Shown one piece after another: positions 1 to 13,101 of a stretch of DNA of 64,000 nt. Source of the stretch: Takakia lepidozioides (taxonomy: Eukaryota; Plantae; Bryophyta). Every line of letters starts with the position of its first letter. Positions within the stretch are counted from its first letter, which is position 1. The stretch covers positions 1,922,001-1,986,000 of the forward strand of contig CM060733.1 in the NCBI GenBank assembly GCA_030704615.1, given 5' to 3'. The translations under genes were made by a program, and so were the position numbers. The notes below the pieces were generated by a model. That model saw only the letters and a list, made by a program, of their open reading frames with translations, was not told the origin of the DNA and ran no database searches.

Positions 1-3000
1 GTTCGCTATGCTGCCTCATTTGCAGGGTGGGTGCCCAACTTAAACCTTAAAATAATTTCTGCTAAAGCAGATGTAGGATTGATTTCACCCTTTGGTCTTT
101 TGAAAGTTTAATACAGCTGAAATTCCTTGAGAAATCCCCAGGAAATGCCACATTAAAATAAAAGCTATCTTTGCAGTATACAAATGAATATTTTTGGTAG
201 GTGCTCTTGTACTAGGCTTTCATGACCTTATGATGACAGTTGTCATGGGCACTTCTTTGTGCGACAAATGAAAATATGGCTCGTTCTTGCTTGAAGGTTT
301 GAGAGATCGAATTATATTCTCCCTATGTTTGACAGGTATGGTTTCTATGGAGATGTGATGAAGGAGAGTGAAACTTTGCGATGGATGGGTCCTGCTCGCT
401 ATGATGTTGCAGGATTTAAGGTTTTCATGAGACACAAGTATGTCTTCTCCTCACCTTTCCCCCCAACGATGATGGCAGCCTACCTGCATGAGGCACCTCA
501 TCTTGGGGTGTCGTTTGATGTGTTTTGAAGTGGTTTCTTCTTGTTCTACTTCATCCCATGGGAGGTTATTAAAAAACTTCCTACTTTTTTCTCTCTCTTG
601 CTCTTGGGGCACAAGATGCATGGTCATTATCTTGAGAAAACCTTCAGATTAAGCTATACTGGTACATGCCCTGCACACTGTATTGCAGGAAGTATGAGGC
701 AGAGATATCATTTTTGGAGATTCCTCATATTTCGTCAATCCCCACAATGCCACATGGCCCTTGGACCCACGCCCCATCATTCAGCTGCAGCAAACCCATG
801 GATCGGGAGAACAAGAAGGTTTGTTTCCATCATGTGTGCAGTACAGGATGGAGTGCTTTACAGATTCATTTGTGTAGGTTGCCCATACTAACTGCAAGAA
901 AGGGGGAAGAAGGCAGTTGGAGAGATGGATCTGTTTCCACCATAGCTTTGAGCCAAGACAGTGAACCCAGTTGTTACTATTAGTGTGAGAGACAAACAGA
1001 ACTAGCATATGTTTGGTTCCATCCCCAAATATCGTGAGCAATATATGATCAGGCTCATGAAGCTTTTGCAGGTAAGTGGCAGGAGAGCATCCATAGAATC
1101 ATCTTTCCATGCTTTGGAACATGTATGTTTGTCGGTTTACATCACCCATGTTTCCGAGAAAACTACGTGTTTTTGACATGGATGTTGAAGATTTGATTTT
1201 TTGTAGCTTGAACGTGACATTTATTGTGAAAGTCGAGGTTCATGTTATTGTACATTGCATACTGTGCACAGGTTGTGTGCCGCGTCAACTGTGCAATCTG
1301 TGCAAAGGGGTTTGATTTTTCACATCTTGTGAACAATGAGAGTGAATCCGAGGGTAGCCCAACCAATGACCAAACAGTGGAGAGGCCCCAGGCCCCCAGA
1401 TGGCGAACTTGTCGAACACATTTCCATAGCATCGGGGCCGCCATCATGTCTTGTCGAAATGAAAAAGCACCAGATGGCGTTGCTGCCCACGCCCACCTGG
1501 CCGACGGTCTACTTCATTTGATTCTTATTCGAGAGTGTTCCCGCCCTGCCTATCTCAGGTCTGTATCTTCAGGGTATCTGTTTGTTGTGACTAGACCAAG
1601 TTATCCACATCTATTCAGGCAGAGGATTGTGGTTGCATATACACAGCAACCTACTGCACATGATATCCTGCCATCATTGCCCCTTTTAACTTTACAAAGT
1701 GAATGGATTGACTATCCAGTTGAATAACTGCATACCTGGTTGTGGCCCAGATCGGACAGAAAGAATTTACTCATAAGACGTTGTTTGCCGTAGCCTTGTG
1801 GCCATTGACCCCGCGCCCAGTTTGAGCGGAAACAAAAGGGACAGAACCTACCTCTGTCAGGGGCTGACATTGGTAGTAAGACTTACCTTCATATATAGAA
1901 TTAATCCGGGTTTTCCAGATATCCTCTAGAAATCCCTTCACACAAGCATCAATCTGCTGTGTGTGATTTGCCCAAAAACTAGGCCTCAGGAGGGCCTGGG
2001 CTTTTGGCTCAGCCTCGAGACTTTCAAAGTTGGTAAACAGAGGTACAGGCACAATTCCCTTGATAGAATTGAAGAGAGCGTCTCTTTGGTGAGAGAACCC
2101 CGGACAGTGTATCAGAAAATGAATACTGTCTTCAGGTTGCCCACACAACGGGCAATTGCACTCTCCCTTTCCTCTCTGCTTCTGTTTGCTGTTCAAAGGT
2201 AGGCTTCCTGCCCTGAGTTTAAATTTCAGTCTAGTGCCAAGAGTGGGTAGACCCTTGAGGTCATCCAAGATGTCCTCCCCCATGTCACTGACTGGAAGCA
2301 AGTTCAGGGAAGTTTTCTGCCTAACTTCATTTTCATCAGACAATCTCATGGCAACAGACATGGCTTTGGACACTACAGCCTCTAAGTCAGATTTATCCAG
2401 CAGGGTCAAGACTTGCGGTTCCAGGTCCAGGTCCTTGAGAATCTCTTCTACTCTCTTCTGCGAGGACTTAGCCTGTTTGATAGGGTGGTCCTGTTTCCAA
2501 GATATAGAGTCGATTAACTTAGGATATCTGGTGTTGGACATATGGGACAGAAAGAGATGGATAGAAAGTGGGAAAGCGCAGGGGAAGAGAGGACTGGGAG
2601 ATTTTGATTGTCGTATTGACTCCTTGAAGAAACTTGGATATCATGCTGATAGTTCACTTGCGAATAGGTAATTTTTTCCGAATTTGTGTACATCTCTGAC
2701 TATAAAGTGCTGGCACTATGTTCAATCCTGTGTATGGTTGAAATGTGGGGCTGACAAATGCAGGCAGCTACTACGATTGACCAGGAGAGGCGCGGACCCA
2801 TTCAACTTCAATTTTGTGGAACACTATCAAGTATGTGGAACTTCTTTTGTTCCTTGTTGAAGAAAGATCACTTTGTTTGGAATTGCTAACATGAGTGTTG
2901 CACTCTCTGCTCCTCATTGCAGGTTCACTTGCACCTGTTAGTATGTATGGAAAAGAGGAGGAAGTAATTCAATCCCTGAAGGCCCTAATGAAAACCTGCA

Positions 3001-3173
3001 CCCAATCTAATATATTTGTTTATGTTTGTCAGACCCCTGTATTTACATTTCTGTCCCATGGCAAAGACGGAAGCGTCTGGAATGTGGATGGAGAGCTTTT
3101 TCCAGCACATCAGCTTTCAGCACAAGTGTTTCGAGGCCTGGTCAATGTGTTTGCTCGTGGCCCCGAAATCTGA
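1..3173 (+). CDS. CERK: Ceramide kinase (ACD5-like), 5'-partial; exons 1-26, 336-437, 689-818, 1272-1558, 2764-2830, 3033-3173
   Basis: GT..AG-bounded exons splice in frame to VRYAASFAG-YGFYGDVMKESETLRWMGPARYDVAGFKVFMRHK-KYEAEISFLE...-VVCRVNCAIC...SCRNEKAPDG...LADGLLHLILIRECSRPAYLR-QLLRLTRRGADPFNFNFVEHYQ-TPVFTF...WNVDGELFPAHQLSAQVFRGLVNVFARGPEI*. These are characteristic plant CERK C-terminal motifs. Confidence 0.93.
1750..2560 (-). mobile_element. 5'-truncated non-LTR retrotransposon (RTE/RTEX-like ORF2 C-terminus) in a CERK intron
   Basis: ORF 1771-2541 has M..RYPK.I (post-RT region), KFKLRAGSLPLN and a CCHC zinc knuckle CPLCGQPEDSIHFLIHC. A near-identical second copy lies at 38802-39028. 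Boundaries are approximate and no TSD was seen. Confidence 0.75.
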
Positions 3174-6100
3174 TGACGGAAGTGCAGAATGTTTAATGTT
3201 CTCCTTTGTTTTTCTAGCAAATGAAATCTCTTCAGGATCAATCTGGATAAGTCAAAGCCAATTTACCACAGAAATCCCCCAACACTGGTCTGGTCCCTTC
3301 CTTGTGGACTGAAATGGGTGGAATTTGTCAAACCAAACCTTGAAGCTTTACTTCAATAGGGAGACACATTATAGTAAATCTCCTGCAGTAGTCAAAGTGC
3401 TCATCCACTTCAAGTTAGATTTCATCATCTTGATTAACCACTACCAGGTTGATGGTACAGAGGTCCTTCATTCCCTTCAGAACGGGAACAGCACCCCCGG
3501 AAAATGGTAAACACAAAACAAGAGGGGATAGTTTTAAATTCTAATACTTCAGTTCTTGGAGCATAGTTTTATGTCTTTGGCGGATTGAAGTAGTAGTCAT
3601 CTAGGAGAAGAAAGATTACAGTGCAGTTGTAGGCTAGTATTGGCAATGAGCATGAGTACATTGCTTATCAGAAATGAGATTCTCCGAAGGAGGATTGCTA
3701 CCTAGTATCCACAGCCAGTAGGCTTCTATGTAAGTGCAGTCATTCTGCTGAAATAGAATCTGGGCAGATTGTTCTTCCCTGGAAGCTGGCACCTTGTTGT
3801 AGGTCACTGTACAGGGTTAAGCAGTTGGAAATTCTTGCTTGTAACTGTTTGGCGTGATTTCGAAACATTTCACAAATTGATATCTAGTGTTGTAACTACT
3901 ATACTGTATCTTCCTTCAATCTGCCAATCAAACACAGTCAAACATCTCTACATAATAGTAGAGGCATTTTCCCCATGAAATGAACCTTCCTGTTTACTGA
4001 ATCATTTTGGTGAACAAATTGAGTGCAACAGAAAGACATGAGTAAATCACGTGCAAAGAAGAAGAATTCTTAGGAAAAGTTTCATGCAATATTGACTCAA
4101 GTTATAAACTTGATGTGTTCGTATTAAGCTAAACATTCAAATTTGAAAGTTTGTGACTGAGAAATCAATAATAGTTCCAGTTGCAAAATTACATTCTTTT
4201 TGAAAAAAATATCACACTTGAACATAGAACAAATATTGAACTAAAATGCTGCAATTGTAATCCATTATAAAAAAAGAAATAGCCCCTGCCAGAATTTCAG
4301 ACCCTTGTAGCCATTTTGTATCACCCTAGTTTAGGGGTTGGTAAAACGTGAGTACATATAAGAGCTTTGCAAAGCTCATGTGAGCATAAAAAAAATAGAG
4401 GTGTGAGCACAAAAACACGATAATAAAGTCCCAAGCTTTCATGGAAATAGAATATAAGACAGAAGTAGGCCCTAATGTACGCACATAGGCTCAGTTGCAA
4501 ATATATTTATAATTGATATGATAATTGTAATTATATTACTAACTATAATAAATTTGATATTAATCGGAAATATAACCAAGCTTGAAATTATTGGAAGAAA
4601 ACTAATCAAAACCCTCATAGTGTCGTGAGACTTAGAACTATAATATATAAAAGAAACACTTGGATTTCATGGGCGAAACTTAATAATCTAATCTAATCAT
4701 GGTATTTTTGGTGCTGTCTACAGAAAAAGACCCAAAAACAAAAAAAAACAGACAAAAAAAACAAAAAAAACGCTGGTGAGACTTCAATATTTTGGCCCTA
4801 GAACAAAAAAGTTTCGCCGAGGAAACTTCAATAATGTTGGCCCTATATGTTCCCAAAAAAACAAAAAAAAACACCTCAGGTTTCACCCGCGAAACTTCGA
4901 GAGTTTTGCCAGAATTTCAAAAGTATATAGCTTGTGCTCACATGACTCGCATACTCTTGCAACAGTTCGCAATTCGTTTTGGCGTGAGCAGAATTCATTT
5001 CGCCGTAGAATCTTTAAAGAATATTCAAATAATATACTAAATATTCGCTTTTGCTTGCGTGAGCATGCTCACAGTGGCTTGAGCCTGCGCACCCAACCTC
5101 TTCTTAACCGGTGGAAGGGCTGAGTTAGATGCCTTCCCCGGCGTAGAAACTAATGTTGTGCTGGTAGTGCCTTTTAAAGGAACCCGTCGGGTCCAGGTTC
5201 AGCGGCTTTTTCTAGGACGAAGTTCGGGTCCGGATCCAGGTATTGAAATTGGAAAAATCCATGTCTAGGTTCGGGTCAATCCCCCTAGAGACAAGAAGCA
5301 ACTGCCAGGCCCCAAGCCCATCCGCATGACTCATATTAGGTAGTTAACTACATGTAATCCAGTTTTTGTCAAATCTTCTCAGCTCAGCCATCTTATAGTG
5401 GAGATAGATCTTCTTAAAATAAAGGACTTGCTAATATATCACTACCACTTGATCCCCCCATTACAACCCCATCATTAATTTGAGGGTGTCCTTGCCAGAG
5501 ATCTCAAAATATATAAGTGGTATTTTTATTTTTATGTTTTTTTTTTAAGGGAACTTAATTGGGAGCTACTCACAGCTCACAATTCAGCCCCTTTAGAGAG
5601 AGGGGGGGGAATTAACTAGCCAGACTGACCGGCCACCAAACCACAATACACAGGACAAAGTAGCAGGAGCTGAGCTCCAAACCAGTCTTGGACTGGTATA
5701 TAGGGTCTGGCGCCAGTATCAACCTAGGTATGAACTACTACTAGGGTATTAAAAAACCAACCCGGCTGGTATCTACTATTGTAATACTAGGTTTAAGAAG
5801 GCACTTGCAATACCTACGTCAATACCCTACCCAGGCTGCTACTGGCAAAGGCAGTACCCAGCAATACCCATATTAGGGACCGTAAAAACAAGGACACAAT
5901 ACTAATATCAAACCAACGTTGGACAGTGCAGATCCAGCCTACCACATGCTCTTTACTATTTTACTCAACATGCCACACCTTGAAGACCTTGTCTCTCCTT
6001 GATCAAGAGTTATTCATGTTCAAATACAAATATGATGGATGAGAAGAATACTTGAATTGCATATTTGTCCATGTTGGAAAATAAGACTTGGAACCAATTT

Positions 6101-6410
6101 TCCTAATTGATTGCACTGAAACCATGTATACTTATAAATTGGCTCCAACCTTCTAGGTCAAGTGACACCATAAGTTACGCTTGCTTCGGCAACGCGTCCA
6201 CCTTTTTTTTTTTTTATTGGCTCCAATAATTCATTAAAAAAAAGTCCACCATAAACTTGGGCTATAGGTGTAAATGTTACCTTTACACCTATAGTATATA
6301 CAATAATACATAATATCCCATGCTTTGGACTCTGCTTTATCATCATGAACCTATCAGGCTCATCCTTGCATTAAATAGTAGTCGACGGTGGAGTACCGTT
6401 ATACTTGATC

Positions 6411-7600
6411 TGTGACACTCTGTATACAACTGATCTTGGTAAAGATAGCTTCAGCCAAGCCCTTCATGCTTCAATGGCTAGGATGTTATGCAATTTGGGT
6501 AACCTATGTGGTGCTGCAAGGTGCTCAACCTAGGGTTGTGGGATTTGGTTATTCTCACAGGGATAAAAGGGATCCATTCTCGTATGTACAGCCTGGTGTA
6601 CATGTGGTTCTACTACTATGTGAATGTGCTATTCATTCTACATATTCGATATTCGTCACATTGTGATCCTCTTCCTACGGGTGAAGCCTTTGTCTCTGCT
6701 TTGTATTGCATACTCTTATTTGAGTCACTCACCCATAACATAAGTTGTGCGGCCTTATAAAGAAAAAAAAATCTCATCCGGGTACAAATCGTGGTGGAGA
6801 CGCCGGGTAATATTGCAAGAGCGTAGAGATTTGAGTCTGATTACATGTTGGCGCAGTGTGGTTCAAGCTTAGATTATGCGCGCGTTTTAGTGATAAGCAA
6901 CGGCGATGGCGGCGCATCTATCAGCCATTGGGTGTTTACTGTGTTTTCCTACTTCACCTACAACCTTGATGGCACATATTTTGCTTAATACTTTGGATTG
7001 TGAAAGAGAATGAATGGCTCTTGTGATTAAGTTAAAGCTTAAAGTTTTGTTGCCTGAGTTTGCTTCTAATTCTAGTGCACTTGTGGTTGAGGACTTCCTT
7101 GTGTCTAATGCACAAGTTGTGGAAGGGTTGCCGACTGTCATAGGTATTCATGCAGTTGTTGGTGATTGGGCTACTTTCTCTAATTCAGACTATGCTGAGC
7201 TGCTAAGAGTGGAAGAAGCTCTTGTATTCTGCATTTTTGTAGAGCCTGAGTACGCCTTCTGGCTTGATGAACTTGCTAACGAAAATCCTCAAATAGAGGA
7301 AGCCCTAGTATTTGAGAACGAACAGCTAAAGCTTGAAGGGGAGGATCTTGAGTGGTTTGATAAATTTGAAATATGCTTCTATGCTAATATTATAAGTTCT
7401 CGGCTACCGAGAAGGTTAGGGTTTCGGGTAGGATTAGTGACCCGGTGGCATTGGTCAAGGAACTTCGTCGTGTAATTGAAACCGAGATTTTACGTAGGAG
7501 GCAGTTTCGAATGTCTATCAGTGAAGTCAGACGGAGGTTCCTGTGTTTTAGGATTTTGGAATTGTATTGGTAAAAAATGTCGTGCGCATACATATTGCTA
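6411..7600 (+). mobile_element. Putative 5' LTR (TG 6411..CA 6786), primer-binding site and decayed gag-side sequence of an LTR retrotransposon
   Basis: TGGTGGAGACGCCGGG at 6792-6807 lies 5 nt after ..GGTACA and is complementary to a tRNA-Ala-type 3' end (..CCCGGCGTCTCCACCA). An unassigned acidic ORF follows at 7014-7475. The LTR start is a guess. Confidence 0.45.
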
Positions 7601-7911
7601 CACAACTATATCGCTGTCCAATCCACACATTACATATGCACACCATATACTAGTCTGCCACAAAAAAATAAAGATAGAAAAGTATTTCTTTAACAACCAC
7701 GTCGCAGCCACGGTGGCAATGGCAGATTCTTAATGAAAATAAAATAAAATAAATGTGCGACTGCCAATATTCATATGGTCGCATATTTTTTCTCGTCGTC
7801 GCATATAAGTAGTAAATACAAAAAATAGGTGTGACCGCCAAAAATTAGCGGTTGCACGTATTAAAACATAAACAAATAGGTGCGACCACCAGGAAAAAGC
7901 GGTCGCATGTA

Positions 7912-10900
7912 CCGTAGTACCTTGGCAAGATCGACAGTCATCTGTCGAATATTTGAATTCTGCATTTCGACAAATAATTTGAAATTTTTAAATTATTCGC
8001 ATGGCAATACTAGGTAATTTAATATTATTCGACTTGGATGAAATAATGTTTATTTTTATCAGTAGTTTTCATTCATTTAACAAGGACTTAGAGGAGTTTG
8101 CCGCCGATGTTTTCTTGATTTTCTTGGTTTACGCGATCTTGTATCTTATATTGTGTATACGTGTTTCTCAGATTCTGGGAGCATGCAAATGATTCATGAG
8201 TGAGATGTTGTTTAGGTACCTAGTTTACAATGGCTTTTAAAAAGAAACGGCAGAAGTTATTAACAGGTCTCTTTCAACCTATTACAAGGGACGAGCGTGA
8301 GGTTCTACTGCAACATGAGATTGAACTGTTCAATGCCCGGGCAATGGAAGCTGAGAAAGAGAAGCCTGAAGTCATGGTGAAGAAACGACATGTTGGACGA
8401 CCGATAAAATTCATTGTAACATTACAAGCAGACCTACCTATCAAGCAAGAGCAAAATGAAGAACATTCAAAGAAGGGGTCAAATTTGAAGAAGCGAGGGA
8501 AATACACCAACTGGTTTCAGCCACATATGGCCTCTTATCTTGGCTGCAATTAAAAAAAAATGTCGTGGTAATACGTCTGATGCCTTACATTTCTTAAAGA
8601 CTGCTTACAAAAAACCTGGCTGTCCTAGCGTCTATGAGAAGCTTGGTAGAACCAATCTCTATGACTGGTTTACAACAACATGAGAACTGAAATCCATTTA
8701 CATTCATGCAGTAGAGTTGGGTACAGCAATTCAGAAAAAAAAGCAAAATATGCCAGCACTTGAAGACTACCCTGATCTTAGGGACTCTCTTGTTGCCATG
8801 CTCCAAAAGATGAGAGTTGTTGGGCAACCACTAGAAACATCCACTGTACAACCTATACTTCGCGGTATGGTTGAATCAATAGCTCCGGATGTGCTCCGTG
8901 AGACACGTGGTGGCTTCAGAATCACACGCGAATGGACACGCCAATTTATGAAGAATTACATGAATTAGACATTTAGAGTTGGAACTACCGCTGCTAGCAA
9001 ACTTCCAACGGATTGGATGGAGCAAGGGCGATTCATGGCTTACCGCATTGCCTATCTAGCAAAAACATACAATATTCCTCCTTCTCTAGTTGTAAATAGC
9101 GACCAAACAGGGATTCATTTGGTACCTACAGCAGGGGAACGCACATGGAAGAGTAAGGGCACCAAACACATCCACGTGTTGGGTATAGAAGACAAGAGAC
9201 AAGTTACTGTAGTGGTATCTTCAACTGCAGACGGAAATCTACTTCCTCTTCAAGTGGTTTTTACATGAACTACACAGCGGACATTACCACCAAACAACCG
9301 AGGGAGAGCAAAGTGCATGGCAGATGGGTGGGATCTTACATACAGTGAGAACCATTGGTCTAATCTACAAACCACACAACAATTTGTGCAGAAAATTATG
9401 GTGGTCTATTTGAGATCTCAAGCCAAATTCTGCAGTTGGGGCTACAAAAGCAGCAAAAAATGGTGTGGTTAATAGACTACTGGTCAATTCACAAAAGCAA
9501 AGAGTTTCTGGACTGGATGAAAGAAAAGCATTCAAACATTCTGGTAATTTTTGTACCAGCTAATTGTACGAGTGCATTACAACCAGCTGATGTGATTCTA
9601 CAACGTCCGCTGAAACATGCATTCAAAATGGCATTCAACACTTGGACCACAGGAGTGATCAAAGAGCAAATTGAAGGTGGCAGATATCCAAGTGTGGATT
9701 TCAGAATGAGTAATCTGAAACCTCGCATTTGTGAGTGGCTACATCCATGGACAAAAGTGAAAGCAATGAGGCCTATGATTGTGGAAGGATGGGAGAAAAC
9801 AAGACTTACAAGGGCTTGGGAGATTGAGTTTCAGCTTGCTGCCATGGAGGCAAATACAACAACTACGCTGTTTACAGCAACCTGATATTGAAGAAACCAC
9901 AGAAATCGATGTGGAATCTGACCCGACAGACGAAACTTCAACGATCATGGAACATTGTCTGCAAGAAACACCAGTTACAACTTCAAATTCAACCCAACAA
10001 CCGTCAAGTACAAGTGTTGGAAGATCGAAGCTACGAGACTTAGCTAGAAAACGTAAGACATAGATAGATTACGTGTATGAAGACAGACAACAAACAACAA
10101 CACATATGTACTCTTGTTGGTGGATTAGAGCTCCAAGGTATTGTCTCTTCTTGAAGGCCATCAGATATTCCATTTCATTTCCTTTTTGCCTGATGATTAC
10201 TCGAAGCTGATTAGATATCATAACTGATGCTCTCTGCCCAAGCATGTTTGTATAGGCTGGTCAACAACTTCATTCATAAAATGCCAGAGTTCAAGGGCGG
10301 TCTTAGTGCACTGCAATGTCAGAGTGAGCACTTTCATCATCATCGAGTCCCTGTCTGCTGATTCTCTTAACTGTAAGTCGAATGTTCAGTTCAAAAGCCT
10401 GCCCCTTCATCCGACCTTTAACCCAAGTTACCAAGTCACATCTACCACGAGAAGGGTCTTTTCCAGTCAAAAGCTCAAGCGATTTTACGGTGAGCCTGAG
10501 AGTGCTCTGGTATTCAGGTGCTATGTAAGCTCTTGTGCTTGCATTCTTTTTCTATTAGCATAAGGTTGAACTATGACTGTAATTTATTACGATTGAGAAC
10601 ACCTGCTGCAGGCTGCCATATATATACTGGAACCTACTCTACTGTGACTCACCGCTGATAAGGCTGGATTGGTTGAAAGAATGTCGAAGAAGTTGTCATG
10701 GGATACAACCGACCTTGCAACCTTTCATACTCGCAACCTTTCACACCACATTAGCCGTTGCTGAAGTCATTAGTGTTGTAGAGTAGGTACAGTTAATCAC
10801 TCAAATGCCAACCAAATAACAAATTAAGCATGCATGCAAAAGCTTTATAGGAATATGATTCCAGACAACCCCTCTGCTTCGTATGTAACTAAGCATGTAA

Positions 10901-11390
10901 GAAATTCAGAAGCATGATATCATAAAACACTTTACTTTCAATTCCTAGGCAGTCACTTATCAATTCAAGTTTGTGATATCTGTTGCTCCAAAGCGTTGAT
11001 ATCTAAACCATGCATGCTGTTGTGCCATTGTAGCCACTTAACGTGGATATGTCAACTTGTGATTCAACCTATAGGCTACCATACATACCTACCCTGTTGT
11101 GATTCACCGCTGATAAGGCCAAGTTTTAGAATTGCGAGACCAGAAAGGAAAGCCATATAACTACCTAGTAACATGGTGAAGCGTCGATGGCTTTTAGATG
11201 ACCCTTAGTTCTAGAGACTTCGACACTTGGCCTTCCAGAAGTTTCGACGACAATCTTAGGGTTTCCAGAAATTTCGACAATTGGCGGCTAGGGTTTTCAC
11301 AAATTTCGACGTTGCTTCCAGCGATTTAATGAAAATTTTGATAATTATAAAAATAATTTAATTAGTGTCGAACTTTCCAAGGTACTACGG
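7912..11390 (+). mobile_element. Full-length pogo/Tigger-type Tc1/mariner DNA transposon (decayed)
   Basis: 25-bp TIRs ccgtagtaccttggcaagatcgaca (7912-7936) and tgtcgaactttccaaggtactacgg (11366-11390) match at 23/25. TA target duplication at 7910-7911 and 11391-11392. Internal DDE transposase. Confidence 0.92.
8230..10063 (+). pseudogene. pogo-like transposase (CENP-B-type HTH + DDE_1), frameshifted with in-frame stops
   Basis: Fragments include GRPIK, GGFRITREWTRQFM, VVNSDQTGI, DKRQVT, PLQVVF, LIDYWSIH and VPANCTSALQPADV, spread over ORFs 8230-8553, 8717-8968, 9017-9268 and 9436-9885. Confidence 0.88.
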
Positions 11391-12362
11391 TATTTTAAAT
11401 AAATAAATAGCTGCGACCGCCATAATCTGGTGGTCGTATGTGATTTTTAAAAAGATAAATACGTACGATTACCAATTACAAACGATCGTATGTAATTACA
11501 AGTAATAACAAATACATGCGATATTTGGCGGTCGTATGTAATTAAAAAACACAAATTGGGGGTCGCCTATAACTTTTTTTTAAACAAAAAAAATGCGTCC
11601 GCCAATTACAGGCGATCGCATGTAATTAAAAATAACAACAAATACAGGCGGTCGCACGTATTTATAAAAATCTAAATAGACAAGTAGCATATAATAAAAA
11701 AAATCAAAAAACATGCGACCGTCAATTATTGGCGATCGCACGTAATTAAAAATAATAACAAATACACGTGACCGCCGATAATTGGCGGTCGCAAAAACGA
11801 CTGCCAATAACTAACGGTCGCCTGTAATGGACAAAAATAAGACAAAACATGCGACCGCCAAAAATTGGCGGTCGCATGTCATTTCAAGTAAAACAATTAG
11901 CTGCGACAGCCAAAATCGACAGTCGTAGGTATTAAAAATGAAAAAATTATGGTGCGACCGTTTTTTTAGGTAGTCGCTCTTGGTGGGTCATTTTTTCATT
12001 TCACTTTCATCCAACATGGAGCATACATAAGGCTCAATTGTCACCAAACTCTTCATTTCTTTTGTGGCAAACACTTTTGTGGTCTGAGATGATTTTAATT
12101 CCTTGCATAAAAGTGTAGCCCAAGAGGAAGGTGCGGACCTTTTGCAGAACACACAGATATGATAAAAATATAATAACCCACAACATCATCTTTCATAGTT
12201 TATAAAATTACAATTATCAGTGGTGAAAATACATACGTTGCGAAGAATAAAAAAAATAAAAAATGTGGTTAAGAACAAGAAAATATTTATGCGACCAGGG
12301 TTAATTAAATAAATATGATAATTTGACATTACAAAGTATAAAGTACAAACTTATAATCCATG

Positions 12363-13101
12363 TGTCAGGCGCATTCAGACACAGACAGTGTATTGCCCTC
12401 GGTACAAAGCTCTCATTTGACGTCTTTGTAAGTGTTCTGGTTGCAAAGCGTTTAAAGCAATTCGGACTTCATCTCTTGGAATCCGAAGAGCTACAATATG
12501 TCACCGCTGTCACGGACATAGCCCACAGGAACTTACCAGGAGTAAATACCAGAAGTTACCAAGTTATCATGTTATCAAAAGTTATTGTGATCTACCATGA
12601 TCTATCATGATTTACCATAAGTTACTATTAGTTATCAAATTACCAGGAGATTACCAAATTACCGAGAGTAACTTGAGAAACTGCTCAGGAAGCTTCTTTT
12701 GGAGGAAACTTCTCCATCAAGATACCTTCTTTGTTTAAGGAAACTTTTCCATCAAGAAACCTCATTTGGGGAAGCCTCTTAATGAACCTCCTAGTAGCCA
12801 GTATATATAGGAGGCGAGACTGGATACTCTTCAGTCTCGCCAATACAAGTTCAAGCTACTCTTGTTCCCAGTCCCAGTACTTTTGTCCAGTTTCCAGTAT
12901 TTGGTACCCCAGTCCAGTTTCCAGCATTCCAGTATTCGAGTCGAGTTCTAGTATCTTGTACTCTGGTCCATTGTTATAAAGATCATCTTGATTCATGTTT
13001 ACACACCATGCATTCGGCCACGCCGACCTTGACTTCTTGTTTAGTCTTGTACCTCTGGTCTGATCTTTTGTTTGTATTCGGTCATGTTCTCATCCTTGAC
13101 A
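12363..13101 (+). mobile_element. Solo-LTR-like sequence
   Basis: TGTCAGG...CCTTGACA terminal inverted ends, an internal TATATATA (~12802) and short gttacc/ccagt tandem motifs typical of LTR U3/R regions. No matching TSD was found. Confidence 0.5.

Larger units (their letters stand above)
7700..11985. repeat. Array of GCGACCGCC/GGCGGTCGC inverted motif pairs with A-rich spacers (transposon subterminal-type repeats), interrupted by the pogo element
   Basis: Many motif copies at 7700-7910 and 11393-11985. Removing the pogo element rejoins ggtcgcatgTAttttaaat...gcgaccgcc as a normal unit. The same family is at 21395-21870. Confidence 0.75.

Noticed and set aside
3439-5169. CACTACCAG (3439) and CTGGTAGTG (5161-5169) as a CACTA pair
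   Set aside because: The flanking trinucleotides differ (AAC vs CCT) and the match is only 9 bp. 5169 may be a real solitary end, but its partner is unsupported.
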